IMG/VR virus record: IMGVR_UViG_3300023296_000332
Coordinates: 4,939 to 68,938 of that record
DNA: 64,000 nucleotides
DNA from: a virus
Direction: 5' to 3' (one strand)
Positions within the stretch are counted from its first letter, which is position 1; the number at the start of each line of letters is the position of its first letter. This document shows positions 49,701 through 57,700 of this stretch, one piece after another. The translations under genes and the position numbers were made by a program. The notes beneath the pieces are model-generated. The model was not told where the DNA came from. It made no database searches and saw only the letters and a program-made list of their open reading frames with translations.

Positions 49701-51857
49701 TTGTTCTTCACTGGAAATAGAGATAAGATCAAGGTCAACGGCAATCAAGTGCCCACAACCTATAAACTCCTTTCTGTTTCTGGAGCCCCACTTCCTATCA
49801 ACGAAGTGACAGAATACTTTACTTCGGAAAGATGTGAAACAAGAGAAATTGGATTTACGGAAGAAGTCACTCAAGAGTATGTTCCTCCTAAGACCGTTCT
49901 GCTTCCTGCTACAATTAAGCCTATCATGAACGACAACACTAGATACTGCTTGACAGATATTTCTTGTGGTGGCAAGCTTGTGGCTGACGGTCCAGTTGTT
50001 ATTGCAGAAGAGCCAGAGCACTTCTCAGACGGTGCTACTGGAAACTCAAGATCTAAAATTCTACTTATCTCTGACTCGACAATCGTTAACGGTTGCTTAG
50101 AAGAGAACAGAACTGGAGAGCCTTCGCTTGTCAGTGGGGTTCCAACCGTTCCTAATAACACAATGCTCGCCAGAGTTAACTCATTCCTGAATAGTTTGAC
50201 GACAACTGAGACAACTCTGGTGGGCGACAAGACAGAGCTTAACCTTGGGTACAAGTATTCTGAAAAGATTGTTTCTCCAGAGAAGGGTAGTCCAGCTATC
50301 TATTCTCTTATTCAATCTAATATGGGTGCTAAGTTCGGAGGTTTCGCTGGTGGTTCGCTAGAAGAGTTTGGTCACGAAAAAAACTATGATCAAAGCAAGA
50401 CGGTTCAGAACGTTCACGAGCAGATAGACAACTTCGAGAAAGCTGAAAAAGCTGTGCTAGAAGAGTTTGGTGCGACTGTTGGTGATTTCTGCAACCCTAG
50501 GTTTACGCATGGCGGTTACACAGATTCTCCTATGAGTGGCGACCCGTTTTCTACGTTGCTTAGAGATACAGGGAAAGACTTCTTAGACTACGACTCGCAG
50601 TCTGGCTCATACCCAGGAGATTTGTTCGGCCACAGTCTTGACATTCACAACGGCAAGCTTATTGTTGGTTCTCCTTACTCGGCCTATACTGGTGAAGAGT
50701 TTTCTAGTATTAGTGGTATTTCCGGCACAGGAAAACAAGCAGAAACAGGAAACGAAGGTGGTGGCGGATCTTCTTATGTCTTTGAAAAGACAGTACAGTT
50801 TGGTTGGGAAGCCATTAAGAAGTTAAAGCCAGAAGAGGTTAGAAGCTTTGATAACTCAGATAGATTTGGGTGGAGCGTTTCTATGGATGGTGACTTTGCG
50901 GCTATTTCAGCCCCAGGCCACGACTTTGGAAACTCGGTTGAATATACCAAGGGGGCTTTCGTAAGAAAAGAATTTAGTGCTGCGTTTGACATTGGTACAC
51001 GTTCTGTTTCAAGCCTAGGCCCTGGTGAGACTCCAGTTTCTAACAACATTGGTGCCATCTTTACCTTTGAAAACAGGCTGTACGATTGGTCCAATAGGGC
51101 TAAGGATTGGACCTTCGCAGAGAAGCTCGTACCTTACGGGTATGCTTCTGGTGAAGATACTTCCAGCTTCGGAAACTCTGTATCAATTTCAAGGTTTGCT
51201 AGAAGAGATAGTGACTACGCAATGAGCGTAGGATCTCATAGGCACACAAGTGGATTGGATGGATCTTACGACCAAGAGAGTGGTGCTGGTGCCTCTTACG
51301 CATACGACGCTATGCTTAGAAATCAGCCTCCAGCTACTTTTAGTGAAGAATCATGGCTCAAGGCCAGTATTTTTGGACTAAACAGAGAGCTAGACGAAGT
51401 AAACCTTGAATTAGATCAATTAGGAGCATTTAACACCAACGAAGAAGTGATTGCCAAGGGTTTGATTTATTCAGACGCTAAGGGGCAAATCTTCTTAGAA
51501 GCTTCTGGTCAAGATCCTAGAGAATTGAGCTTTATAGTACAAAGACCATACATTGAAAGGATTGAAGGAGAAATTGTTCATGGTACTCCAGTCGAGGAGT
51601 TTATGCCTTTAACTTCTTACACCGACCCGTTTGACCTTAGCGGAAGCGTCAATTTGTTTATGCTTGGCCAAGAGTCTGACATAGTGTATAATAACCTAGA
51701 CCTGTTCACTTATTCCGCCTACTCCGCCGAGTCTGGAGTCAGCCTGTTAGTCAAGGGTGATGCCCCAACTTTGACAGACAATTCATTGATTCTTTACGGA
51801 GGATCTGGATACGGAGTTCTTGATACTAATTTGGACCTTAGAGTTAGAGGAAAATAA
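40740..51857 (+). CDS. Giant tail-tip/virion protein with FG-GAP repeats and a LamG-like segment
   Basis: 3705 aa. Seven FG.SV......GAP-type repeats, a LamG-like segment near 43150-43520, and MNL/MPL spacer repeats. Confidence 0.7.
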   Translation: MNCCLQPIKTKKSPGSKVKAHLSIRSKNKATLKAVATIKPTNTNLPSLIPTIKGSAKVDAVLSIRLAAKSALTSKAKLRPHLSQIFNLSKELVAQAEIKAKAAKFAGDFRPNDCYDKLYPTQDLEKVNWEGYQISPLVSRDGYRIISRTEENIYLKKLSLDLYSLIDEGVYAGDYHLHEKQSDSLFSYQGFIKSSDDSDHTKYTTSMSLPSVSFTESYVVFNAQAFNSKQKIYEIEFRDEEDNLICEYEDIEFVGDNYPTMYSSKPRINNGAQYTWSAEYPKIPSSGCTLSFKTQASCIEDADGFDDGFDQGFERCSTLYSPEIRISAVEICNSGDFGFRHENFLPVSVGVREKGDRLTRKIEPSKVLPHNFSTDVWPEVQTIWENTYGYSNLTEPQGRVLANDLSKPYDYSNITLTSSSVQDSGKLNLLFEHKPQEFVFGFNGGAFGLGFDHKEFEVGRAFKEKASDDFFVVDEIYLKIRAKKEVGSRDYALDVVGWSDDNLLNVTSQVGGFLQNTTGTGVVPVESGWNNLDNEGISSESLSEQDEYYEHETVQGHGSDHYKLSPTIVDSTGYRDYEVPLVIEVDEFKLGLQDRSSASFFEKLFLDIYPLPSGASISSAELCVKYTPSNALQFTTLAGGISRIELDRKEGKFFPTTRTVNDLPVNREATSLIESVPHGYESPATLKSNYARRWRGVEGITSGPFDTNAFDFGFESHQLDSPFLLGHFDFTNISGDSVFSRPMNDLSTTVGTSVGISAEQNVGFRFKSPTLVNTSNTYQSIDWNGKTVDAYDSVTRLANNISFPAQDFSEGFAFYLRFSPDENATGTPTVLLKDGVSIAFNHDTNQFSATVSGGGSVSSSAQPDAVFPASVVFTYNDAGSGKAKLYVKYENKDIEKSQIPSFSRVDTPGQILVAPANNLYHEIGISAGNGSGVNLVDGDEVSPNPIYKQQTVQSFLNAQSVHWTDSNGVWSDDSYVLPSYIDGDTLDWNLGAFNWKQFTPHEFEMFTQRIGKDAINFRLVGDGVPYVNKTDLPFPSTIDSAVSYHTQIENDFLRINLTDSFPNFYSASPRIAKALPRGYHFDEKSIVVDSIISYAQSGEIVWPDGNVGPKLIVSVYTRNQEDEEIGTHNWGLVNRKSHYLNPNNRWSKLETTFDLESLLDESEKWSVFPEEKRLSEFNHRYFSKDADEMFLQYDLVTPSGDGFEINLNIHSANLRMENAFVKPTLVDQALNVFTSGEFYSYSPMPLYVDPIGLEIESMNLYMSGVPTPVDLGAVNLSTSGAYFETSQMSMHLVNKETVENSGLPIATSGNYRVEAEMNLVSFNDDPVLPSEMFLPLHMFGSATNADLSRSISMTAYSSLSSSQGALSGVLPMKMVASRGFQDVFADNAMPLFTDPPTEFGDSMNLVLFGRENEGLKTDSFMNLYNKCFPAVYLNGSGDSYISWNNRNVGRNTEEIDEGLLTVPSIDLIRGTQTICWGDCSAVDDNPCVEQDIITHDTNWANKECVDGGILRPSTTYSNSETLAFGGVGVNRYLLDAFDNYILDSAGNKIICGRISGYGDSYKGHFYGSRKYQGLFPNTPYTITVVGKTGDKKSIALPPKFEEWEYGTLGDIDFEGFKHVAEERHDGDLYGKCVKVKGEIMGVGAPGHDLGIYKEAGAIFLYRRQEEEGGEKKPWDLETKLTLPSGFIGDWYYDRGGKISFPGIGTIPEKQWNIGQEGRELGHSFDIAVTKDREVIVAGGPGAKWDTRGFEEIETSGVNVAIMVFNNEFSYDQDQIKEIMDNIDIHNFLYKHFAEPAVNINLKIISCIPTGIFDQSVYTEPGIENLIVGTIPRAIPSKPEDPAVTAEMLSGIKSSFFEAFPYDETQVNNNIPPIVGFYVDNSRSLGRPVVEPAIDQFVNFYKNYSFQSGVRDFYDNPASGYIYEYTPTDEDQGEDWFKISNNLVNNLLDTGNLYDGGHHTLITSGIGLEFANEQAIDFNLSPESGGRVYVFEKEFGDWSLMQEIKSPVSAPDKLPARFGHAVSISDDASVFSIGSPFIRESCSMYQFADGERNRLYDNIGRWLKFRNDATVTLGQYYNRLAEYQELEVASGVREAGMSIYADLSRTDKFKARSDYDFWRNNHIQEYRKVFKYGLDDIERGLEGTFTKTMRQNAPNPRLGYSTAVSEDGQTVAFGAPTDSIGQYEDAAFYFLHKDGEYLSESGDPEFPRSLWASNVNAGAVRMFEKGQDFEPISERKALEYNKFGNLSNTINNTEGYDDEGNETNSTAISQNEYYDKTDFGDVSIPKDVGSIFIITPEIDAANDEVIEEIKQWMSLGDRRLVLVGDDPVWEKNGAYAKSNEIINKILDKLDSRMRLHPARNEREALIANTSCSGEIAPNVIKSYKPQGSNSSNIEIENHLFGYGVADIRLHVPDALFKGDNWGKDHSVVNNKRYGNCSFYSPKCGPPITHNGDLRARWIEREIKFPPDPEAKDPYTYWERNLPFEFYSNGLPPVKPKDAVDIAKDLSLGGQGEQPRPLMVAAEFTENYAIIPAKPEVVARIPITETTCFDSNSSNTYYLFDDNHVDDLAFYWMQGSGNQNSLDANVGNNQSEGRFYDPQSFNERDALLQADGTLDIQVTREELTERFQVGDPVNYVAKESISGSDVYLIAGTDTENQEALTTGNDENISFYDNLVRNANCDNAFIIQLGGWTGRDSFASAGEGSLLDKVFEAMGHNLVENWDGPIVPASKDVLWIANTDGEPTSQEVSKIKTWLALGGKKLVITYDKKEEQSSKVYRLCESLGLGMKPWYLSGANVFPTTANRAYISRKKLDVLLDEKDQSIISCDGEFSVENFTINSTYCPIDLRSGGKAIVWQDGIVKDERLQVTEEYEDVWSMNTGVAKIQFPATPGSGYRIFYNWIADRPEEKQNIDLYAGDVLHKISDKTRAGNPDTLSIEGRVPVRDYDENRDLKIVDYASTRAIKLESPSFGTAVSQGYLDVQVPSDKDYLNLFFTGNRDKIKVNGNQVPTTYKLLSVSGAPLPINEVTEYFTSERCETREIGFTEEVTQEYVPPKTVLLPATIKPIMNDNTRYCLTDISCGGKLVADGPVVIAEEPEHFSDGATGNSRSKILLISDSTIVNGCLEENRTGEPSLVSGVPTVPNNTMLARVNSFLNSLTTTETTLVGDKTELNLGYKYSEKIVSPEKGSPAIYSLIQSNMGAKFGGFAGGSLEEFGHEKNYDQSKTVQNVHEQIDNFEKAEKAVLEEFGATVGDFCNPRFTHGGYTDSPMSGDPFSTLLRDTGKDFLDYDSQSGSYPGDLFGHSLDIHNGKLIVGSPYSAYTGEEFSSISGISGTGKQAETGNEGGGGSSYVFEKTVQFGWEAIKKLKPEEVRSFDNSDRFGWSVSMDGDFAAISAPGHDFGNSVEYTKGAFVRKEFSAAFDIGTRSVSSLGPGETPVSNNIGAIFTFENRLYDWSNRAKDWTFAEKLVPYGYASGEDTSSFGNSVSISRFARRDSDYAMSVGSHRHTSGLDGSYDQESGAGASYAYDAMLRNQPPATFSEESWLKASIFGLNRELDEVNLELDQLGAFNTNEEVIAKGLIYSDAKGQIFLEASGQDPRELSFIVQRPYIERIEGEIVHGTPVEEFMPLTSYTDPFDLSGSVNLFMLGQESDIVYNNLDLFTYSAYSAESGVSLLVKGDAPTLTDNSLILYGGSGYGVLDTNLDLRVRGK

Positions 51858-53650
51858 TGCCGATTCTAGTAAGATATCTTAACGACCCCAATCAGAACTG
51901 CGTACTTAGGCCTGCACCTATTGTTTCAGTGTCTCCTAGTCCAAATAGGACAAAAGACGGAACCAATAGTTCTACCTATCAGATCACTCTAAAAGGGCAC
52001 ATTCTTGCTGACCTTGGTTTCCCTCTAGCTAGGGACACTAGAAACAATGGGCTATTTGACTACCATGACTCTGTAGGTGCTGGGCCTTATGTTCCTGCAA
52101 CAGCCAATGCTGGCCCATACCTTTCTTTTGATACGGGGCAGAGTCATTCGTATTCTGTAGACACCGTTACGGGTGCGGTTACAGACAATAGGCCAGATAG
52201 ACAGTACGTTCCGTATGAGTCTGCGGTTGATGCTATTCTGTTTAAGCAAAAAGTGATTAGGGCTCTTTTTTCTAAGGACGGCCAAAGGCTAGAAATTAGT
52301 GCTATTCACACTGATGAGCCTTCTATAATCTGTTATCCTAGATTTGTTAGTTGTGACTTTACAGACGGAATTTATGTTGATCGATGTGAATACACGATCA
52401 CACTAGAGACAGACGTTCTATATGACAAAGATCTCAAAGTTGACCTTGATGGCAACCCTTTGTATCTTGAAGGCGTGGTTGTAGCTTCTGGAGGCATGAC
52501 CGATTCAGAGATCATGGAAGCTTCTGGTCGTTTTATTGACACATATTCAGACAACTGGTCCTTAGAAGCAGAAGATGGTCTTGGAGAGTCTGCCAATTTG
52601 ACAAAGAGCTATAGAATTAGTAGAAGCATTTCTGCTACTGGTAAAGACTATTGGGCTCCTACTTCTTTAGATAGAAATGGAACAGAGGGTGTAGAGAAAA
52701 GACACGCATGGGAACAAGCTAGAGACTATGTTCAGTTTAGACTTCAAGATGAGCCGTTAACCTCTGGCTATCCTAATGTTATGGGTAGGTTTGGTAGTGG
52801 TCTTATCAATTTAGTTGAAGCGTATGAAGGTTTTGACCACAAAAGAACAGAGAGTATCTCTATTACCGATGGAACATACTCAGTAACAGAAGACTGGGTT
52901 CTTGCTAGTGGTAAGGCCTATGAGAACTACAACATGTCGGTCTCCACGTCGATTGACGACCCATTTGTCAATGTCTCAATACAGGGCGAGATTAGGGGCC
53001 TAGGCTGCGTTACGCCTTCTGGGTCTCTCTATGGCGGAATGGACGACAGAGCCGCTCAGACGCCCTACCAGAGTGCCCTATCGAAGTATTACGACGTTAG
53101 TTCCAGCGGTAGGTTTGGAGTTGGCTCTGATATCTTCAAAAGGGCGAATAATTCAGTTGCCGTAGAGCTTAATGCACAGCCTCAAAGCGTTGCTTTAGCA
53201 ACTAATGAGTTCGATGGTAGTATCACGTACTCCTTAGACTTCAACAATAGGCCAACAAACATTATCTCTGGAGTACTCACTGAGACAATTAACATAAGTG
53301 ATACATATCCTGGCGATATTTTTGCCGTAATCCCTGTAATTGGAAGGGCAACTGGTCCAGTACTGCAAGCAATTGGCGGTAGAAGTGAATACACTAGGGA
53401 TCTTAGTATTGATTTAATTATGGACTACACAGATATTCCATACGGATCAGGACGTAATTCCTTATTGCTTAAAAAGCCCAGCGTACTTGAGCCAACAAAA
53501 AGTCAGCTTAATCAGCTCGTTAAAGAGCTTAGTCCAGAGTTTGAACCTGGAGTTAGAAAGTGGTTCGTTTCTCCAATGACTGAAAGTTGGACTCCAAAAG
53601 AAGGAAGATATTCTTTTAGTATTAGCTGGACGTATGAATTATCGAAGTAA
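51857..53650 (+). CDS. Putative distal tail/baseplate hub protein
   Basis: Beta-rich 597-aa ORF in the tail-tip cluster, with TAATG coupling. Confidence 0.5.
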   Translation: MPILVRYLNDPNQNCVLRPAPIVSVSPSPNRTKDGTNSSTYQITLKGHILADLGFPLARDTRNNGLFDYHDSVGAGPYVPATANAGPYLSFDTGQSHSYSVDTVTGAVTDNRPDRQYVPYESAVDAILFKQKVIRALFSKDGQRLEISAIHTDEPSIICYPRFVSCDFTDGIYVDRCEYTITLETDVLYDKDLKVDLDGNPLYLEGVVVASGGMTDSEIMEASGRFIDTYSDNWSLEAEDGLGESANLTKSYRISRSISATGKDYWAPTSLDRNGTEGVEKRHAWEQARDYVQFRLQDEPLTSGYPNVMGRFGSGLINLVEAYEGFDHKRTESISITDGTYSVTEDWVLASGKAYENYNMSVSTSIDDPFVNVSIQGEIRGLGCVTPSGSLYGGMDDRAAQTPYQSALSKYYDVSSSGRFGVGSDIFKRANNSVAVELNAQPQSVALATNEFDGSITYSLDFNNRPTNIISGVLTETINISDTYPGDIFAVIPVIGRATGPVLQAIGGRSEYTRDLSIDLIMDYTDIPYGSGRNSLLLKKPSVLEPTKSQLNQLVKELSPEFEPGVRKWFVSPMTESWTPKEGRYSFSISWTYELSK

Positions 53651-53652
53651 TC

Positions 53653-54189
53653 ATGATTTGTACTAAATGTAACACAGACAAACCAGCTACAGACGAATTT
53701 TTTCAAGTTCGAGCTGATACAAAGAAGTTTCGCAAACAGTGTCGTGACTGTAGAAGTCTGCACACTAAAGAGTACCACGACCAAGATAGGAAACTTGTAA
53801 ACAAGAGAAACAGAGATAGCTATACAAAAAATGCTAAAGCCAGGATATCCAAGACGGTTGAGTATAAAAGAAAAAAAAGGAAAGAATGTCCTCAGTTTAG
53901 AATAGAGGATAGCCTAAGAACTAGGGTTTATCGTGCTTTGAAAGGGCTACCCAAAGTAGACAATACAAAGGTCTTAATAGGATGTTCTATGAAAGAGCTA
54001 AGACAGCACTTAGAATCACAATTTACAGAAGGTATGTCTTGGGGTAATTACGGAGATTGGCACATGGGCCATATTAAGCCCTGCTGTCAGTTTGACTTGA
54101 CAAAACCAGAGCAGCAAAGGAAGTGTTTCAGCTATAAGAACTTACAGCCATTATGGGCCGCAGATAATTTAAGAAAAGGTGGAAAATAA
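53653..54189 (+). CDS. HNH-family homing endonuclease (possibly inactive)
   Basis: CTKC...CRDC Zn finger and HLESQF..GMSW.NYG.WH..HIKP...FDL.....CF.Y.NLQPLW..DN..KG. Confidence 0.85.
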   Translation: MICTKCNTDKPATDEFFQVRADTKKFRKQCRDCRSLHTKEYHDQDRKLVNKRNRDSYTKNAKARISKTVEYKRKKRKECPQFRIEDSLRTRVYRALKGLPKVDNTKVLIGCSMKELRQHLESQFTEGMSWGNYGDWHMGHIKPCCQFDLTKPEQQRKCFSYKNLQPLWAADNLRKGGK

Positions 54190-54752
54190 TGACCATTCTT
54201 CAAGGCCCTATTGAAAGCGGATGGGTAGTCGCATCTGGTGAAGGTAATTTTTACGATCAAAACATACAAGGTAGCGGCGGTCAAGATATAGATCTTCACG
54301 CCACTAGTGGTCAAGTGCCTAGGTTCTATTCTGGTATAAATAGACACTATCCTAGTCCAGAAACCCACGAGTCGGGTGTTCTTCACACTTATCCTGAAAA
54401 TTCTGGGTCTTATGAACAGATACTAGGCAATTCTGGAGAAGTCCAGGGTATTAAAGACTCTTTTCTTTCTCCACCTAGAGACATTTCCTACAGCGAAGAG
54501 CCTTACTATGCAAATCTTGGTGTATTCTTTCCTTACATACACCACTATCCAAGGTGGGTTCCGCCTGCGACCAGTCTCTTCTCGACGATAGAAGTGCCTG
54601 TGCCGTTTAAGGTGGATTATTCTCTTACCTTTTCGCCCACAAATAGCTATAATAGATATAGCGAGAGAGACGTAGACTACGATGCCGTAGATAGTAGCGG
54701 AGACCCGATTTTTACAGACGAAGCAGGAAAACCACCAACAAGGTTTGGATAA
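54189..54752 (+). CDS. Ser-Gly-rich hypothetical virion protein
   Basis: TAATG coupling. Eight SG dipeptides in the first 83 aa. Confidence 0.65.
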   Translation: MTILQGPIESGWVVASGEGNFYDQNIQGSGGQDIDLHATSGQVPRFYSGINRHYPSPETHESGVLHTYPENSGSYEQILGNSGEVQGIKDSFLSPPRDISYSEEPYYANLGVFFPYIHHYPRWVPPATSLFSTIEVPVPFKVDYSLTFSPTNSYNRYSERDVDYDAVDSSGDPIFTDEAGKPPTRFG

Positions 54753-54766
54753 TACAGAGGTAAAAT

Positions 54767-57700
54767 ATGAGTTCAGATTTAGGATATAGCGTTAATCCAG
54801 CGTCAGGTGCTTATGGAAGTAGCTGGCCTGGGAGCGGTGCGGTTCCAGAGTCATACTCTGCCGCTGGATGGACATTGAACAACGAGGGGTTTACACAACA
54901 AACCTTCTTAGGTGGTTCTGTCAGGAATTTTTCTGCCCAGGGTGCTTTTGGGGACTCTAGTTCTATGTTAAGCGTCTCTCTTGTGGATGACGAGTTTAAT
55001 ACTTCTGATGGCTTCGGCCTTGGTATTGGTGACGACGTTTATCACAATGGCGTTGAAGATGAATTCAATCCGCCTCCAGTTGGGTCTCCTGTGTTCTTTA
55101 AATTTGGAAAGGGTTTTGCAACCATAGAGCAGTCTTGGAGAAAGACCTTTGACGACATCTATGACTACCACACTTTCAATCCTATTCTTGAGCTACCAAC
55201 AAGAGAGGTCTCTGGCGTACTACAAGAGCTTAATCCTGGTGAATATGTAGATATAGAAAACTCGGATATCTCTGGATCTGGTGGTGATGGTCGAACTTAT
55301 ACGGTTGTCGACAAGTCTAGCATAACCTATGACAACCACAATGCGGTTGGTGGCGGCCACTTCGTCTTTGGCGGAATCCTGCAAAGATATAAAGAGAGTA
55401 ACAACACAGACGGCAAGAATCTTTATGACACAACCGTCGTTGACCCAAGAGAAATCTTATCAAACACAACTTTGATTCTTAACAATTACTCTGATTCTAC
55501 TCTTAATTGCCCAAACCTAATTAACATTTTTGGCTTTCTTGAGTACAACCCTACGACACAGCTTCGTAACAGGATGAATACGTTCTATGAGAATAGCGGA
55601 ATTCTAACAAAGGAAGTTCAGTCTAATGGTACTGTTATCTATAGGGGTGGAGTTGATCCGTTTACCATGGGCTCTATTCCACAATACACAGATAGTTATG
55701 CTAGATCTGATTGGCTAGGAACTATCTTTGGTAGAATTGGACCTGGAGCCGTTAGAGATTCTATCATTGACAGATTGTTTAATACAGACGGTGATGGAAA
55801 TAGAAATCTTCCTAACGAATTTCCATTCACTGGAACGTCTTATTGTCGTAGATGTGAAAAGGGCGTGCCGTTCTACAGGATTGTTCAGGGTATCAACGCA
55901 CTTATGGGATTTGCTGGACCTCTTCCAGAAGAGTATGAAGTTAAGAACTTCGGAGGTAGAATTAACTTCCGAGGATTTAACTACGTTGTCGACTTTACTG
56001 GTCTGCCATCAGAGAAGATTCCTCCTATGTACTTCTTTGACTTTGACCAAATGACACTGATGGAGTTCTTGCAAGAGTTTTGTGAGACCATTAGTCATGA
56101 CCTGTATGTGTCACTGCTTCCTGTTATTGACCACCCAGGCTGTGACTACTACTACAAGCAAAACAAGAGAGCAATCGAAAACAATGAGCCAGAGAACCTA
56201 ATCGCTGGAATTATTCGTATTGACACTATTGATAGAAGTGTTAAACCTGAGTATGGTGCTATTGATAAGTTCATTAAGAACTTAGAAAAAGACAATATAA
56301 ACGTAACGTCCAAAGAAGTTGGGTATGAATTATCCAACATCTCGACAGACAAGTTTATCGTAGGTGCTCAAGAAGTAGAAATGCACTACTTTACAACGAA
56401 TGGAGATAGAGACCACCTAGAAGTCCGCAAGTCTCAAAATGGACTACCAAATAGACTACAGCAACAAATCAGTGAGCAGTGGCGCCTGTCGAATTCTTTG
56501 AAACAGCAAGTGCTGCCATTCTATGGATTTTTGGGCAAGGATGCAATCACTATTCCTCGTGGCTATGGTTCGTTTCAACAGATTATGCTCGACACAACTA
56601 GCTTGAATGCCAATGGCGTTGGGAATTACTATGTAGCTACAGAAATAGAACTACGTGCCGCGTCGGTCTCTTTTGAGGCTTGGAAAGAATTCTTGTTACA
56701 GTACAATGACCTTTATATGGAGTCTACAGAAGAAGACGACATCATCCAAGGAAGTTTACTTAGAACGTCTGATCCTAGCAATCCAGCTTTTGATATTTCT
56801 GTTCCTACTAATCTTTCTAATAACTATGCCGTCACTGTGCCTAGGTGTATTTTTAGATCAGAAAGAAACTACATGGGAGAAGATGGTCTCCCTGCTTCTC
56901 CTTGTAATCCCCCTTTCGGATACCCTTTGTATTACAAGAGGGGTTTAAAGATTGGACTACCTGAGGCTGGACTTGCTGCATTCTATAATTCTGGTAACAG
57001 GATTGTTACTAGCTTGCAGAAGTTTGAGTCCACAGGTAATAAAAACTGGAAGGAGCTTGTTAACAGCACTCTTAAAGAGTCGCTAAATGATAAGCGTCCA
57101 GGTATCTCTCTAGAAGAGAAGGCTTTCATAAAAGAAATTAAGTCTATCCTGAATAACGCAGACTCAAAAGCAGACGAGGTTATTGCCCTCATCCAAGAGA
57201 AGCTTACTAAGCACGAATCTGTATTTAAGTCTGTGCCAAGGTTGTCAGAAAAGCATACAGACAACGCCCTAAAGATTTATAACTTTGTCAAAGAGGTGGC
57301 AGATCAAAACTTAGGAAGAAAGTTCTTAGTTAAGATTCCAAAGGAAACCAACTCTTTCTATTCAAATGTTATCGGCCTAAAGTCGACGAGCAGCTTGCCC
57401 ATCCCTACCGTAGCTTCTATGGCAGACGATGAGCGTGTAAACGAATTGCAATGGGGTCCGTTTGGATTTATGCCTAGGAAGATCTCTGACAACATTGGCG
57501 TACTTTACGACAGTCAGTATAATTTCCAGCTTTATCAAATGAGACTCTTCACAGAGACCCTTAATGAGAATGTCCACAAGGCCTACTTGGACCTGGGCAT
57601 TGAAAATGGCGTATCTTCTCTTGTTGGAAATTATTTAGATGGTGCTTCGTTTGTATTTGATAGACGGTACGGAGCCTTGCAGTCTGACTACAACGGAGTA

